From NCBI GenBank assembly GCA_964435165.1, contig CAYSXY010000003.1, positions 20,111 through 84,110 on the forward strand: a DNA stretch of 64,000 nucleotides, given 5' to 3'. Source of the stretch: an uncultured Rickettsiales bacterium. GTDB taxonomy: Bacteria; Pseudomonadota; Alphaproteobacteria; Rickettsiales; RI-342. Positions 10,251 through 19,696 of the stretch are shown in pieces. The position numbers were made by a program, and so were the translations under genes. Every line of letters starts with the position of its first letter. Position 1 is the stretch's first letter. Below the pieces are notes generated by a model. It was not told the DNA's origin and did not search any database. It was given only the letters and a program-made list of their open reading frames with translations.

Positions 10251-11717
10251 ATGATGTCGAATCACAAGATTGCCATCATTGATATTGGTTCCAATTCGGT
10301 GCGTTTGGTTGTCTATCAACGGCTGATGCGCGCGCCATTGATTGTGCATAATGAAAAGCTGCAATGTGGGCTGGGAGCTAGTTTACAACAAACCGGCCGG
10401 TTGGATGCGCTGGGTATGACTAATGCCCATGCGGCGCTGGGGCGGTTTCGCCTGTTACTGGATGGCTATGGCATCTCCGAGCCGATTCTGGTGGCGACGG
10501 CAGCGGTGCGCGAAGCTGAGGATGGTGATGATTTTTTACGCGAGGTGCGGCAGCAATATGGCTACCGTGTGCGGTTGCTCTCCGGTGAGGAGGAGGCCAT
10601 ACTTGCTGCTAAAGGTACTATTGCCTCTGTTGATAAAGTGCATGGGGTGGTGTGCGACCTTGGCGGGGGAAGTCTTGAGTTGGTTGAAGTGGCCCGCAGC
10701 CGCGATGTTGGACAGGCATTGAGTCTGCCAATCGGGGTGTTGCAACTGCAACATGGCACGGGCGCGTCAGGTGGTTACAAAACTATCAAAAAAACGGTGA
10801 AGCAGGCTCTGGAACCTCACCGAACGGTTCTTGATGCCATGAAAGATGAAACACTTTATGCGGTGGGCGGGAGTTTTCGTACTCTGGCGAAGCTACATAT
10901 GGCACAGCGCAAATATCCGGTGCGGATGTTGCACCATTACCGCGCCAATGCGGAGGAATTAGCCGATTTCGCGGGCAAAATTGCCAGAATGGATGCCGAT
11001 TCCGTCTTATTACTGCCGGGAGCCTCACGTCGCCGCGCGGCCAGTATTCCCTATGCGGCAAATGTGCTTAAACGCTTGATCAAATGGGGTGCGCCGAAGC
11101 ATGTGGTGTTCTCATCTTACGGTATTCGTGAAGGCCTGTTGTTGGAGGCGCTGTCTGCCGATGAGTTGGCGAAAGATCCTCTGCTGGAAGGGGCGCGAGA
11201 GCTAGCAGTGCATGAAGGAGCCGACCCTGACTATGCCGCACTGGTCTATGCATGGATGGAGCCGTTATTTGAGGATGAGTCTGTGCGCCTGCAGAGACTG
11301 CGTCGGGCAGCGTGCCAGTTACTGTCGATTCCGCGCTATGAAATTTCTCCATTTCAGGCGGATGCCGAATTTTTTCATATGCTCAAGGCACCGTTGGTAG
11401 GGTTGACACATCATGCTCGTTTTTTGCTGGCGTTGATGGCCTATCACCGCTTTCAATTTCTGGCTGAGATCCCACTCAAACGGTGGGAGCAGATGCATAT
11501 CAGTCACGAAGAACTAACCCATGCCAGGCTGGTGGGCACGGCCTTTGATTTGGCCTGGTCGCTCTCCGGCGGTATCCCTTCTTTACTGGCACAAACGAAG
11601 CTGGACTATGATGAGGGTGTGGTGCTGCTGGAAAGTGATGAGCAAGGCATGCTTGCCAGCGAATCCGGCAAAAAGCGGATGGAGCGGTTGAATCGTGCGA
11701 TGCAGATGATGGTATAG
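10251..11717 (+). CDS. ppx: exopolyphosphatase (Ppx/GppA family)
   Basis: 'IAIIDIGSNSVRLVVY' and 'DLGGGSLE'. Lies immediately downstream of ppk. Confidence 0.9.
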   Translation: MMSNHKIAIIDIGSNSVRLVVYQRLMRAPLIVHNEKLQCGLGASLQQTGRLDALGMTNAHAALGRFRLLLDGYGISEPILVATAAVREAEDGDDFLREVRQQYGYRVRLLSGEEEAILAAKGTIASVDKVHGVVCDLGGGSLELVEVARSRDVGQALSLPIGVLQLQHGTGASGGYKTIKKTVKQALEPHRTVLDAMKDETLYAVGGSFRTLAKLHMAQRKYPVRMLHHYRANAEELADFAGKIARMDADSVLLLPGASRRRAASIPYAANVLKRLIKWGAPKHVVFSSYGIREGLLLEALSADELAKDPLLEGARELAVHEGADPDYAALVYAWMEPLFEDESVRLQRLRRAACQLLSIPRYEISPFQADAEFFHMLKAPLVGLTHHARFLLALMAYHRFQFLAEIPLKRWEQMHISHEELTHARLVGTAFDLAWSLSGGIPSLLAQTKLDYDEGVVLLESDEQGMLASESGKKRMERLNRAMQMMV

Positions 11718-11742
11718 GAGGCCTTCGGCCTCTATGCTTGTT
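11718..11742 (+). terminator. possible weak terminator hairpin after ppx
   Basis: GAGGC-cttcg-GCCTC starts right after the TAG stop and is followed by tatgcttgttt. The stem is short and the T tract is imperfect. Confidence 0.3.
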
Positions 11743-11744
11743 TA

Positions 11745-11887
11745 CTATAGCTTTTCCCACTAATTTCTGTACAGAAATTAGTGGGGAGTTCAGACGCCAC
11801 TGAGGCTTGCGTGCCAACTATGGCGCGGGCAGCAGTCGCGGCCTCATAGCCATTCAGATTGTATGAAAATTAATGTGAATGGCTATA
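11745..11887 (+). repeat. structured ~145-bp intergenic repeat, copy 1
   Basis: Near-identical to 15109-15256 and to the reverse complement of 54026-54169. Contains the 30-nt perfect palindrome CCCACTAATTTCTGTACAGAAATTAGTGGG (11756-11785). Lies between convergent ppx and rnd. Confidence 0.9.
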
Positions 11888-11895
11888 ATTCACCA

Positions 11896-13050
11896 TCAGA
11901 CAAACTTCACCGCTTGTGAGTCCAAATCAAAGGTGAGGCTTAATTTACCTTCAAAGAGAGATTCCGCATATTGGCCGAACAGATCATAGCGCCAGCCTTG
12001 CATACAGGGCATAGAGCGATCCCGGCGCAGTGCGAGTTGTTCCATATCTTTCGCGGAGGCCAGCAGGCGCGGGGCAATGCCGCCCTGACGGGCACAATGT
12101 TTGAGTAGTAATTTCAGCATATCGGCCAGCCCTTCCGGTGCCGGGAGCTCGTTTGGGCGTTTCGGTGGCGTTGGCAGGGCATCGTCCGGCAGTGCTTTCA
12201 CCTCTTCAATAATGCGAAAGACCTCCTCTTGCTGCGGTGCTTTGAGTGGTTTTTTGAGGAAGCGAATGCGTTTCAGTGCTTTCTCGGTTGTCGGGCGGGT
12301 GGCGGCCATTTCGGCCAATGCTTCATCTTTGATCACCCATTGTCGCGGCAGATTTTTTGTCTCTGCTTCACGTTCCCGCCAGGCGGCGAGCCTTTGCAGG
12401 CAGGCGATGGAGCGGCCATCGCGGATTTTCATGCGAATGCGTTGCCAGGACTGTTCCGGATCGTTGGTGTATGTCTCAGGAGAGGTGATATTCTTACCTT
12501 CTTCCCACAGCCAATTCAGGCGGCCCTTCGCCTCCAGACGCTCGGTAAGTTTGTCATGAAGTGCAGAGAGATAGCGCACATCATCCAGCGCATAGGCGAT
12601 CTGGTTATCGGTCAGGGGGCGGTGTGACCAGTCCGTAAATTGCGAGGCCTTATTGATAGGTTGCTTGACCAGCTTTTGCACCAGTTTTTCGTAGGAGAGC
12701 TGATCTCCCAGTCCGCAAAAAGCGGCCGCCAGCTGGGTATCAAAAATGCGTGTCGGCAGCTTTCCGGAAAGATAAAGCAGTAATTCCATGTCTTGCCCGG
12801 CCGCGTGAAGAATCAGCAGACGTGCATCATCCAGCAGCCATGTCCAGAGCGGCGTGAGGTCCAGTTCCGGTGCCATCGTGTCGATGGCAACCACAGCATC
12901 GTCGGCCGCCAGTTGTACCAGACAAAGGGTTGGATAATAGGTGCGTTCACGAATGAATTCGGTATCGAAACCTATATGAGAGGCTTCCGAATGGGTGTCC
13001 AGCCATGCCTCCAGGGCTTCTTGTGTGGTGATGAAATGCTGATCCGTCAC
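11896..13050 (-). CDS. rnd: ribonuclease D
   Basis: DEDD exonuclease motifs ('GFDTEF', 'HAAGQDMELL', 'YALDDVRYL') followed by an HRDC-like region. Confidence 0.85.
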   Translation of the reverse strand: MTDQHFITTQEALEAWLDTHSEASHIGFDTEFIRERTYYPTLCLVQLAADDAVVAIDTMAPELDLTPLWTWLLDDARLLILHAAGQDMELLLYLSGKLPTRIFDTQLAAAFCGLGDQLSYEKLVQKLVKQPINKASQFTDWSHRPLTDNQIAYALDDVRYLSALHDKLTERLEAKGRLNWLWEEGKNITSPETYTNDPEQSWQRIRMKIRDGRSIACLQRLAAWREREAETKNLPRQWVIKDEALAEMAATRPTTEKALKRIRFLKKPLKAPQQEEVFRIIEEVKALPDDALPTPPKRPNELPAPEGLADMLKLLLKHCARQGGIAPRLLASAKDMEQLALRRDRSMPCMQGWRYDLFGQYAESLFEGKLSLTFDLDSQAVKFV

Positions 13051-13222
13051 ATGCTTCCTTGTTTTTCATGAGTATATGGTCGATTTGACCGTTGGAAAAT
13101 CAATGGAAATGGGTTATACCGCACGCCTTGCAGAATTTCCATGATGCTTTTTTATTGAGCACATGGTCATGAGCGTTCTTGAGAAACGCGTGAATGAAAA
13201 ATAATAGATTAGGACACTTATC

Positions 13223-15052
13223 ATGCATGCATACCGCACCCACCATTGCGCCGCTCTGCGCAAAACTGATGTTGCTTCGACTGTCAAATTATCAGGATGG
13301 ATTCACCGCAAGCGTGATCACGGTCACTTGCTGTTTATCGATTTGCGCGATCATTATGGCATCACCCAGTTGGTAACCGAGCAGGGCAGCGATTTTTTTG
13401 ATGCGGCCACGCATGCGCGCCTCGAGAGTGTGGTGACGATTGAGGGTGAGGTTGTTGCGCGTGATGCGGAAACGGTCAATCCTGATTTGCCGACCGGTGA
13501 GGTGGAAGTGCGCATCACGGCGTTTCATATCGAATCCGAGGCAGAGATGCTGCCGATTCAGGTCAATAGTGATCGAGAATTCCCGGAAGAGACGCGTCTG
13601 ACCTACCGTTTTCTTGATTTGCGTCGTGAACATGTGCATGCGAATATTGTCCTTCGCTCGCAGGTCATTTCCACATTGCGCCGGTTGATGACCGAGCAGG
13701 ACTTTATGGAGATTCAAACGCCGATTTTGACCGCCAGTTCACCGGAAGGGGCACGCGACTTTCTGGTGCCAAGCCGTCAGCACCCGGGCAAATTCTATGC
13801 CCTGCCGCAGGCGCCGCAGCAATTCAAGCAGTTGCTGATGGTGTCCGGTTTTGACAAATATTTTCAGATTGCTCCCTGTTTTCGTGATGAAGATGCGCGG
13901 GCTGATCGCTCGCCGGGCGAATTTTATCAACTCGATATGGAAATGGCCTTTGCCACGCAGGATGATGTGTTTGCGGCTATTGAGCCGGTGATGCAGGCGG
14001 TGTTCAGTGAATTTTCTGATAAACAAGTGACGGAAGCGCCATTTCCGCGCATTCCTTATCACCAAGCCATGCTCACATATGGCTCGGATAAGCCGGATTT
14101 GCGCAACCCGATTGAAATTGTCGATGTGACCGAGGTGTTCAAAGGCTCAGACTTTAGTATCTTTGCCAAGAATATCGATAAAGGCATGGTGGTGCGGGCG
14201 ATTCCTGCCAAAGGCACTGGCGGGCAGCCACGTAGTTTCTTCGATAAAATGAATAGCTGGGCCCAGGATGAAGGGGCGCCGGGGTTGGGTTATATCGTGC
14301 TGAATGATGATGGTTCCGGTAAGGGGCCGATTGCTAAATTCCTTGATGATGCGCGTTTGAGCAAATTGAAAGAGTTGGCAGATATTGATGGCGGAGATGG
14401 TGTGTTCTTTGCCTGTGATTATGCCGCTGGCGCCGCGAATCTGGCAGGCAAGGCGCGCGAGCGTGTGTGCGATGAATTAGGCCTGCGTGAAGAGGGCGTG
14501 TTCAAATTTTGCTGGATTGTCGATTTTCCGTATTACGAAGAAGAGGAAGAGACGGGCAAAATTGAGTTTTCGCACAATCCATTCTCCATGCCGCAAGGAG
14601 GTATGGAAGCATTGGAGACGAAAGACCCGCTTGATATTCTCGCCTACCAATATGACATTGTGTGTAACGGCATTGAGCTTTCCAGCGGCGCGGTGCGGAA
14701 CCACCGTCCGGATATTATGCTCAAAGCGTTTGAGATTGCTGGCTATGGTGCAGAAGAAGTGGAAGCCCAGTTTGGTGGTATGTTACGGGCGTTTCGTTTT
14801 GGTGCACCACCCCATGCGGGGATTGCGCCGGGTGTCGACCGTATGGTGATGTTACTGGCCGATGAGCCGAATATTCGCGAAGTGATCGCCTTCCCCATGA
14901 ATCAGAAGGCGGAAGATTTGTTGATGAATGCTCCGGCGGAGGCAGATGAAAAGCATTTGCGCGAACTGCACATCATGCTCAGCCACAAGGCTAAGCAATT
15001 GCTGGCAGAAGAAAAAGAAAGCGGCGGCGACGGGCAGGCTGAGGCGGCGTGA
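13223..15052 (+). CDS. aspS: aspartate--tRNA ligase
   Basis: '[19 protein letters not shown]', '[10 protein letters not shown]', '[13 protein letters not shown]', '[12 protein letters not shown]'. Confidence 0.95.
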   Translation: MHAYRTHHCAALRKTDVASTVKLSGWIHRKRDHGHLLFIDLRDHYGITQLVTEQGSDFFDAATHARLESVVTIEGEVVARDAETVNPDLPTGEVEVRITAFHIESEAEMLPIQVNSDREFPEETRLTYRFLDLRREHVHANIVLRSQVISTLRRLMTEQDFMEIQTPILTASSPEGARDFLVPSRQHPGKFYALPQAPQQFKQLLMVSGFDKYFQIAPCFRDEDARADRSPGEFYQLDMEMAFATQDDVFAAIEPVMQAVFSEFSDKQVTEAPFPRIPYHQAMLTYGSDKPDLRNPIEIVDVTEVFKGSDFSIFAKNIDKGMVVRAIPAKGTGGQPRSFFDKMNSWAQDEGAPGLGYIVLNDDGSGKGPIAKFLDDARLSKLKELADIDGGDGVFFACDYAAGAANLAGKARERVCDELGLREEGVFKFCWIVDFPYYEEEEETGKIEFSHNPFSMPQGGMEALETKDPLDILAYQYDIVCNGIELSSGAVRNHRPDIMLKAFEIAGYGAEEVEAQFGGMLRAFRFGAPPHAGIAPGVDRMVMLLADEPNIREVIAFPMNQKAEDLLMNAPAEADEKHLRELHIMLSHKAKQLLAEEKESGGDGQAEAA

Positions 15053-15108
15053 CTGTAGTAGCCACTTATGTTTCACGACGCACTGCCTTTAGTTGTTGGT
15101 AATAGCCA

Positions 15109-15256
15109 CTATATAGGGCTTTTCCCACTAATTTCTGTACAGAAATTAGTGGGGCGTTCAGACGCCACTAAGGCTTACGCGCCAACTATGGCGCGGGCAG
15201 CAGTCGCGGCCTCATAGCCATTCAGATTGTATGAAAATTAATGTGAATGGCTATAG
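15109..15256 (+). repeat. structured ~145-bp intergenic repeat, copy 2
   Basis: By eye, 4 substitutions relative to copy 1 over ~137 nt, plus a small indel at the left end. Lies between convergent aspS and the 15269 ORF. Confidence 0.9.
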
Positions 15257-15268
15257 TAAGAGTTTGGT

Positions 15269-15580
15269 TTAACCGCCCATGGGTTTATCGTGGCAGTAGA
15301 CGTCCAGCGCGTCGTGGTTGAAGCGATGCGTTTTTTGCATGTAGTCGCGATCGTCATCGCTGGGCTCACCTGGCCCTTCACGCAGGATTTTGCCATAGGC
15401 GCTGATGTCAGGCAGTTGTCCGTCAATAAGCGCTTTCATAAAAGCATCAAGTTGGCTGCCATGGATGGCAACGTAAGCAAAGCCAGCGTTGCCGGACTCA
15501 TCTTCGCCTTGCAGCAGGCAGATAGCCAGGCAGGAGGGAAGGGCTAATTTCTCGCGATGGGAAAAGGTGGGAATTGGCAT
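15269..15580 (-). CDS. hypothetical protein (103 aa)
   Basis: Intact ORF, third gene of a tightly spaced three-gene minus-strand operon (2-nt gap to the upstream ORF). No motif recognised. Confidence 0.5.
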   Translation of the reverse strand: MPIPTFSHREKLALPSCLAICLLQGEDESGNAGFAYVAIHGSQLDAFMKALIDGQLPDISAYGKILREGPGEPSDDDRDYMQKTHRFNHDALDVYCHDKPMGG

Positions 15581-15582
15581 GA

Positions 15583-15822
15583 TTATTCCTGCTTTGAAGA
15601 CGTATCTTCATCGTCTGGAATGATGGTAATGCCTGCGGCTTTGAGTGCAGCAACAATATCCTGCTTCATGTCGCTGGCAGGCAGAGCATCACGGTTGTTG
15701 AGGGAGGCTAATTTATCGGCGATTTGGCTCACTACTTCGGCGTCCGGCGGCGCAAACGCTTGCAGGCTGCCAAATTGGGCGTGAGTAACTGAGACAATAC
15801 TAATATTGCGGTGCTTTTTCAC
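15583..15822 (-). CDS. hypothetical protein (79 aa)
   Basis: Intact ORF with a 12-nt gap to the upstream gene. No motif recognised. Confidence 0.45.
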   Translation of the reverse strand: MKKHRNISIVSVTHAQFGSLQAFAPPDAEVVSQIADKLASLNNRDALPASDMKQDIVAALKAAGITIIPDDEDTSSKQE

Positions 15823-15834
15823 ATAGGTTTCATA

Positions 15835-16305
15835 CTATGCGCGTATTGTGCTGACAAGCCCTTGCTTTGCGAGTGTATCTTTTATTTCATTCCCTAATTC
15901 ACCAGACAATAAGTTTTGCGCTATTGTAGGGGCCAGCACCTGCGCAATACGATCTGCTGCTTCATTTGGTAAGTTCAATGGATCAAAATTGCTTTTTGCC
16001 GCCTTTAACTTTTCGGCCAAATGCTTTTCGAGTTGTGCTGTGTTTCTGTCTTCTTGATCTGCAAATTGTTCCAATGCATCTGGATTATCAGGAAATTTTT
16101 TCCTAACCGCTTCGCTTACTTCTCTTGCTAATTTTTCACAAACTTTCACGATATTATTTACATCTCTGGGTGAAAGTGTGATGTTAAGGCTGGGTACACT
16201 ATCATAACCAGTATTAATCGCATCTTGAATACGGTCAGCATTATTGAGACGCATTGTTTTCTCTTTGGCATCTTTGAGCCATTGCGGTTTTTCCCTTTTT
16301 GCCAT
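15835..16305 (-). CDS. hypothetical helical protein (156 aa)
   Basis: Intact ORF, K/E/A-rich and probably all-alpha. Preceded by a very AT-rich leader (about 30% GC by hand count over 16321-16440). Confidence 0.55.
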   Translation of the reverse strand: MAKREKPQWLKDAKEKTMRLNNADRIQDAINTGYDSVPSLNITLSPRDVNNIVKVCEKLAREVSEAVRKKFPDNPDALEQFADQEDRNTAQLEKHLAEKLKAAKSNFDPLNLPNEAADRIAQVLAPTIAQNLLSGELGNEIKDTLAKQGLVSTIRA

Positions 16306-16476
16306 CTCTATCTCCTACTTTGTTGTAAGTATTCCATTCCCACAATAATGTTTAACGACATCTTATTGCTGATGCATGTCAACCATGTGAATTTTTTATG
16401 ACAAACTTTTGATATAATAATGTTTCTTGGCAAATTTCTGATGCAATCACGATTAATTACTATTTGAAATGCAAGC

Positions 16477-16504
16477 GCGGGCGAAGGGAAAGATTCGCCT
16501 CGTT
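16477..16504 (-). other. degenerate duplicate of a tRNA-Gly 3' half (T-arm plus acceptor strand)
   Basis: GCGGGCGAAGGGAA (16477-16490) is identical to 16558-16571 inside tRNA-Gly(CCC). Read on the minus strand, the fragment is aacgaggcgaatctttcccttcgcccgc, compared with the tRNA's gacgagggttcgattcccttcgcccgc. Confidence 0.6.
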
Positions 16505-16526
16505 TTAACTCGGCTCACCCTTCGGG
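16491..16526 (+). repeat. 36-nt dispersed repeat, copy A
   Basis: agattcgcctcgttttaactcggctcacccttcggg matches 23492-23527 at 35 of 36 positions, in the same orientation. Confidence 0.85.
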
Positions 16527-16553
16527 CGTTTTGCAGGACAAAATGTGAATGAA

Positions 16554-16627
16554 TGGAGCGGGCGAAGGGAATCGAACCCTCGTCTAAAGCTTGGGAAGCT
16601 TTCGTTCTACCATTGAACTACGCCCGC
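16554..16627 (-). tRNA. tRNA-Gly (anticodon CCC)
   Basis: The reverse complement, GCGGGCGTAGTTCAATGGTAGAACGAAAGCTTCCCAAGCTTTAGACGAGGGTTCGATTCCCTTCGCCCGCTCCA, folds as a cloverleaf. The anticodon loop is TTCCCAA and the CCA end is encoded. Confidence 0.9.
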
Positions 16628-16841
16628 CTGGCATGCGCTGATTATATTCACATTTAGAAATGTTGTATTATGAAAATAATTATACATTCCTACGTATAAG
16701 TAATAATAAGACTATAAGTAGATTGGTGGCTTGATACAACTCGGTTTAGGTATGTTGATAGTACATGTCAGAGCGTTTTGACACTTGCCGTTTGCTGCCT
16801 TTTGATTATGGTGCTGGCAGGATAAAGAAGGATTGTAGCGG

Positions 16842-17195
16842 ATGGCAACTATTGGCACCAGATTACACACATGGCTGCGTGGACAATATGTCGGCAGCGA
16901 TGAATTCGGCAACCGCTATTATGAAGATAAATACCTGCCCAAGGGTGGCCGCCGTAGGCGCTGGGTGGTGTATAAGGGCGAAAGCGAAGCCTCAAAAGTG
17001 CCGGCGCACTGGCATCGCTGGCTGCATCATACGACGGATAGCCCGCCGAAAAGCAATACAAAGTCGCATAAGTGGCAGAAAAGTCACCTGCCTAACCTGA
17101 CCGGCACCAAATATGCCTATGTGCCGCCGGGCCATTTGCGCCGGGGCGGCAAGCGCTATAAAGTATCATCTGATTATGAGCCATGGACGCCGTGA
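16842..17195 (+). CDS. NADH:ubiquinone oxidoreductase subunit NDUFA12-family protein
   Basis: 'GSDEFGNRYYE', 'RRWVVY', 'VPAHWHRWLHHT'. Confidence 0.8.
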   Translation: MATIGTRLHTWLRGQYVGSDEFGNRYYEDKYLPKGGRRRRWVVYKGESEASKVPAHWHRWLHHTTDSPPKSNTKSHKWQKSHLPNLTGTKYAYVPPGHLRRGGKRYKVSSDYEPWTP

Positions 17196-17233
17196 TGCGG
17201 CTGCTTTGATTTGCTGTTGGGGAGAGATAGAGC

Positions 17234-17764
17234 ATGGATCGTACAGCCGTTGAAACGGTGATGGGGGCCCTGGTGCTGGCCGTGGCGATTGGTTTTGCCG
17301 TGTTCGCCTTTCGTACCAGTAATATTCAGACAGATGGTAGTTATCCGCTTTCCGCCAGGTTTGACAATGTCGATGGCATTGGGATTGGCAGTGATGTGCG
17401 TGTCGGTGGTATTAAAGTGGGAGTCGTATCCGATCTCACACTGGATCAGGAAACCTATGAAGCGGTGATGTCTCTGCGCGTGAGAGAAGGGGTGGCGATT
17501 CCGGCGGATTCAACGGCGGCGATTGTGAGCGAGAGTCTGCTAGGCAGCCGTTATGTCGATGTGACACCGGGAGGAGATACGGTTGTGCTCAGCGCTGGCG
17601 ATATCATCCGGTTTACTCAGTCTGCGGTGAATCTGGAGTCGCTCATCGGTCGCTTCATGTTCAGCGGCGGCGGTGTGTCAGAAGGTAGCGCCTCGTCCAA
17701 TGCCGGAGATGCGCTGGATAGTTTGGGGCTGGATGATCCTGAATCGACTGCCAGTGAGTGGTGA
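17234..17764 (+). CDS. mlaD: outer-membrane lipid asymmetry protein MlaD (MCE domain)
   Basis: N-terminal TM segment, then 'ARFDNVDGIGIGSDVRVGGIKVGVV' and 'LLGSRYVDVTPGG'. Confidence 0.85.
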   Translation: MDRTAVETVMGALVLAVAIGFAVFAFRTSNIQTDGSYPLSARFDNVDGIGIGSDVRVGGIKVGVVSDLTLDQETYEAVMSLRVREGVAIPADSTAAIVSESLLGSRYVDVTPGGDTVVLSAGDIIRFTQSAVNLESLIGRFMFSGGGVSEGSASSNAGDALDSLGLDDPESTASEW

Positions 17765-17765
17765 T

Positions 17766-18347
17766 GTGCGTGTGTTGCGTCTGCATGCTTCATCAGGCTG
17801 GGTGTGGCGATGTTTTGTAATTGCCACGATGTGGCTGAGTTGCCTGATGGGATCGTCCGCCATTGCGCAGTCGCTCGATTGGGGCCAGTTAACGGAACCT
17901 GCCACAGATCAGCCGGAAGACAATATCAGGCAAGCGGTGCCTGAGCGCACGGATGAAAATGCATTAACACCGGATATTGATGAAGCTGATATGATGCCCC
18001 CTCCAATTGAGATGGACGAGGCAATTATTCTGCGCCGGATATCGCTGCGAGCGCTCAACAAAGTGACGGCCCGTACTACGCATCTGGACGTGACCGTTGG
18101 TTCTGCTGTGCGTTTTGGCAATATTGAGGTTGTAGCCCGCACCTGCTGGAAATCGCCACCGGAACAACGTCCTGAAAATGCGGCCCTGCTCGATATCTGG
18201 GAGCATATCCCGGGTGAAGCGCCGGAGCGCGTTTTCATTGGCTGGATGTTCTCTTCCAGCCCGTCACTCTCGGCCTTGGAGCACCCGGTCTACGATATTA
18301 CGGTGGTGGGGTGCCGGTATGATGAGGTGCGGTCTGAAGACACTTAG
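17766..18347 (+). CDS. DUF2155 domain protein
   Basis: 'LRALNKVTARTTHLDV', 'FGNIEVVARTCWKSPPEQRPENAALLDIWE', 'GWMFSSSPSLSALEHPVYDITVVGC'. The start is uncertain: GTG at 17766 or 17772, or a later ATG. The track ORF begins inside mlaD. Confidence 0.65.
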   Translation: MRVLRLHASSGWVWRCFVIATMWLSCLMGSSAIAQSLDWGQLTEPATDQPEDNIRQAVPERTDENALTPDIDEADMMPPPIEMDEAIILRRISLRALNKVTARTTHLDVTVGSAVRFGNIEVVARTCWKSPPEQRPENAALLDIWEHIPGEAPERVFIGWMFSSSPSLSALEHPVYDITVVGCRYDEVRSEDT

Positions 18348-18394
18348 GCTTTTTTTGGGCCTTTTCTATCGCTTGCGCCACACAATACTGGGTA

Positions 18395-18994
18395 TCATCG
18401 ACAAAAGAGACAGGGTTTGTCAATGGCGTTAGAAAGCAGATTTTCATACTGATTTGCCGGTACTTCTTCAATGCCGAATTGGCGTAGATGATCGTTAACA
18501 TATTGCGTGTCGAGCAGCACAAAGCCGTTTTGGCGAAGGATGCGTACGAGTTCGACCAGCGCAGCCTTACTGGCATTGGAGGTGCGGCTGAACATGCTTT
18601 CGCCAAAAAAGGCCCCGCCAATATGCACCCCGTATAATCCACCTACTAATCGGCCTTCCTGCCAGCATTCGACACTATGTGCATGGCCACGATGAAACAG
18701 TTCGTTATAGAGGTGTATCAGCGTGCTATTGATCCAGCTTTCGCGGCGTTCCTGCGTCGGTTCGCCGCAGGCTTCGACGATTTGTGCAAAGGCTGTATCT
18801 ATCCGATACTCGAATGGCTGGGTGCGAAGAAATTTACGCAGGCTACGGGGGAGATTGAAGCGATCCAGCGGGATGATGCCGCGCATTTCCGGTCGGAACC
18901 AATGGATGGTGTCGCTCTCACGGCTTTCTGCCATAGGAAAAATGCCATGACGATAGGCTTCCAGTAGCAAATCAGCGGTGAGGGCATTAGTCAT
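18395..18994 (-). CDS. aat: leucyl/phenylalanyl-tRNA--protein transferase
   Basis: 'LLLEAYRHGIFPM', 'GGLYGVHIGGAFFGESMFS', 'LLDTQ'. Start set to the ATG at 18994, which overlaps the upstream stop by 8 nt. Confidence 0.9.
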   Translation of the reverse strand: MTNALTADLLLEAYRHGIFPMAESRESDTIHWFRPEMRGIIPLDRFNLPRSLRKFLRTQPFEYRIDTAFAQIVEACGEPTQERRESWINSTLIHLYNELFHRGHAHSVECWQEGRLVGGLYGVHIGGAFFGESMFSRTSNASKAALVELVRILRQNGFVLLDTQYVNDHLRQFGIEEVPANQYENLLSNAIDKPCLFCR

Positions 18995-19691
18995 CTGTTG
19001 ACGGGCGGTAGCGATGGATACGCTCCGGATAATCGCTTGTGATACCGTCGACACCACGTTGCCAGGCATGGGTAATCTCTTCCGGTTCATTCACGGTCCA
19101 TACCATCACATGGATGCCATGCTGGTGTGCGTCTGTGACCATCGCATCAGTAACGAACTGATGATGCAGATGGAGGGTTTGAGCCTTTACCTCTACTGCC
19201 ATCTGGGCTAGCGAGAGCGGGGCGCCGGTAAAGGCAACACCGACAGGAAGTTCTGGCCATTGCTGCTTAAGGTAGTGCACTTCCTGATGGAAAAAGGAGA
19301 TGACCAGCAGACGTTCAGGGTTCCAGCCTTGTTGGCATGCCTGTTGTAGCAACGGTAAGAGTGATTCTGTCAGCCCTTCTTCTTTTAGCTCGATACATAG
19401 GATCATGTCTGTTGTGACCAGATGATCCAATAATTCCGTCAAGAGAGGGATATGCTGTTGGGAGGGGAGGGCTAAGCCTCGTAGCGTGGTATAGTCTGTC
19501 TCACTAATGCGCAGGGATGTTCCGGCGATGCGTGTGGTAGTGTTATCATGAAAGACCACCAGTTCGCCAGAGGCACAGCGACGAATGTCCACCTCTATCA
19601 TCTCGCAGCCGAGACTGACCGCTTTGTCAATGGATGCCAGCGTATTTTCCACGGCATGGCCTGCTGCTCCGCGATGCCCGATGCGCCACAT
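18987..19691 (-). CDS. glycerophosphodiester phosphodiesterase family protein
   Basis: 'IGHRGAAGHAVENTLASI' and 'IEVDIRRCASGELVVFHD'. Start set to the ATG at 19691, just after the aroQ stop. Confidence 0.8.
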   Translation of the reverse strand: MWRIGHRGAAGHAVENTLASIDKAVSLGCEMIEVDIRRCASGELVVFHDNTTTRIAGTSLRISETDYTTLRGLALPSQQHIPLLTELLDHLVTTDMILCIELKEEGLTESLLPLLQQACQQGWNPERLLVISFFHQEVHYLKQQWPELPVGVAFTGAPLSLAQMAVEVKAQTLHLHHQFVTDAMVTDAHQHGIHVMVWTVNEPEEITHAWQRGVDGITSDYPERIHRYRPSTDD

Positions 19692-19696
19692 TGTCC

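Noticed and set aside
11756-11785. Reading the 30-nt perfect palindrome as a bidirectional rho-independent terminator or as an SOS/LexA box
   Set aside because: No U tract follows the stem on either strand. CTGT and ACAG are directly adjacent, rather than spaced as in CTGT-N8-ACAG, and there is no GAAC-N7-GAAC alphaproteobacterial LexA pattern.
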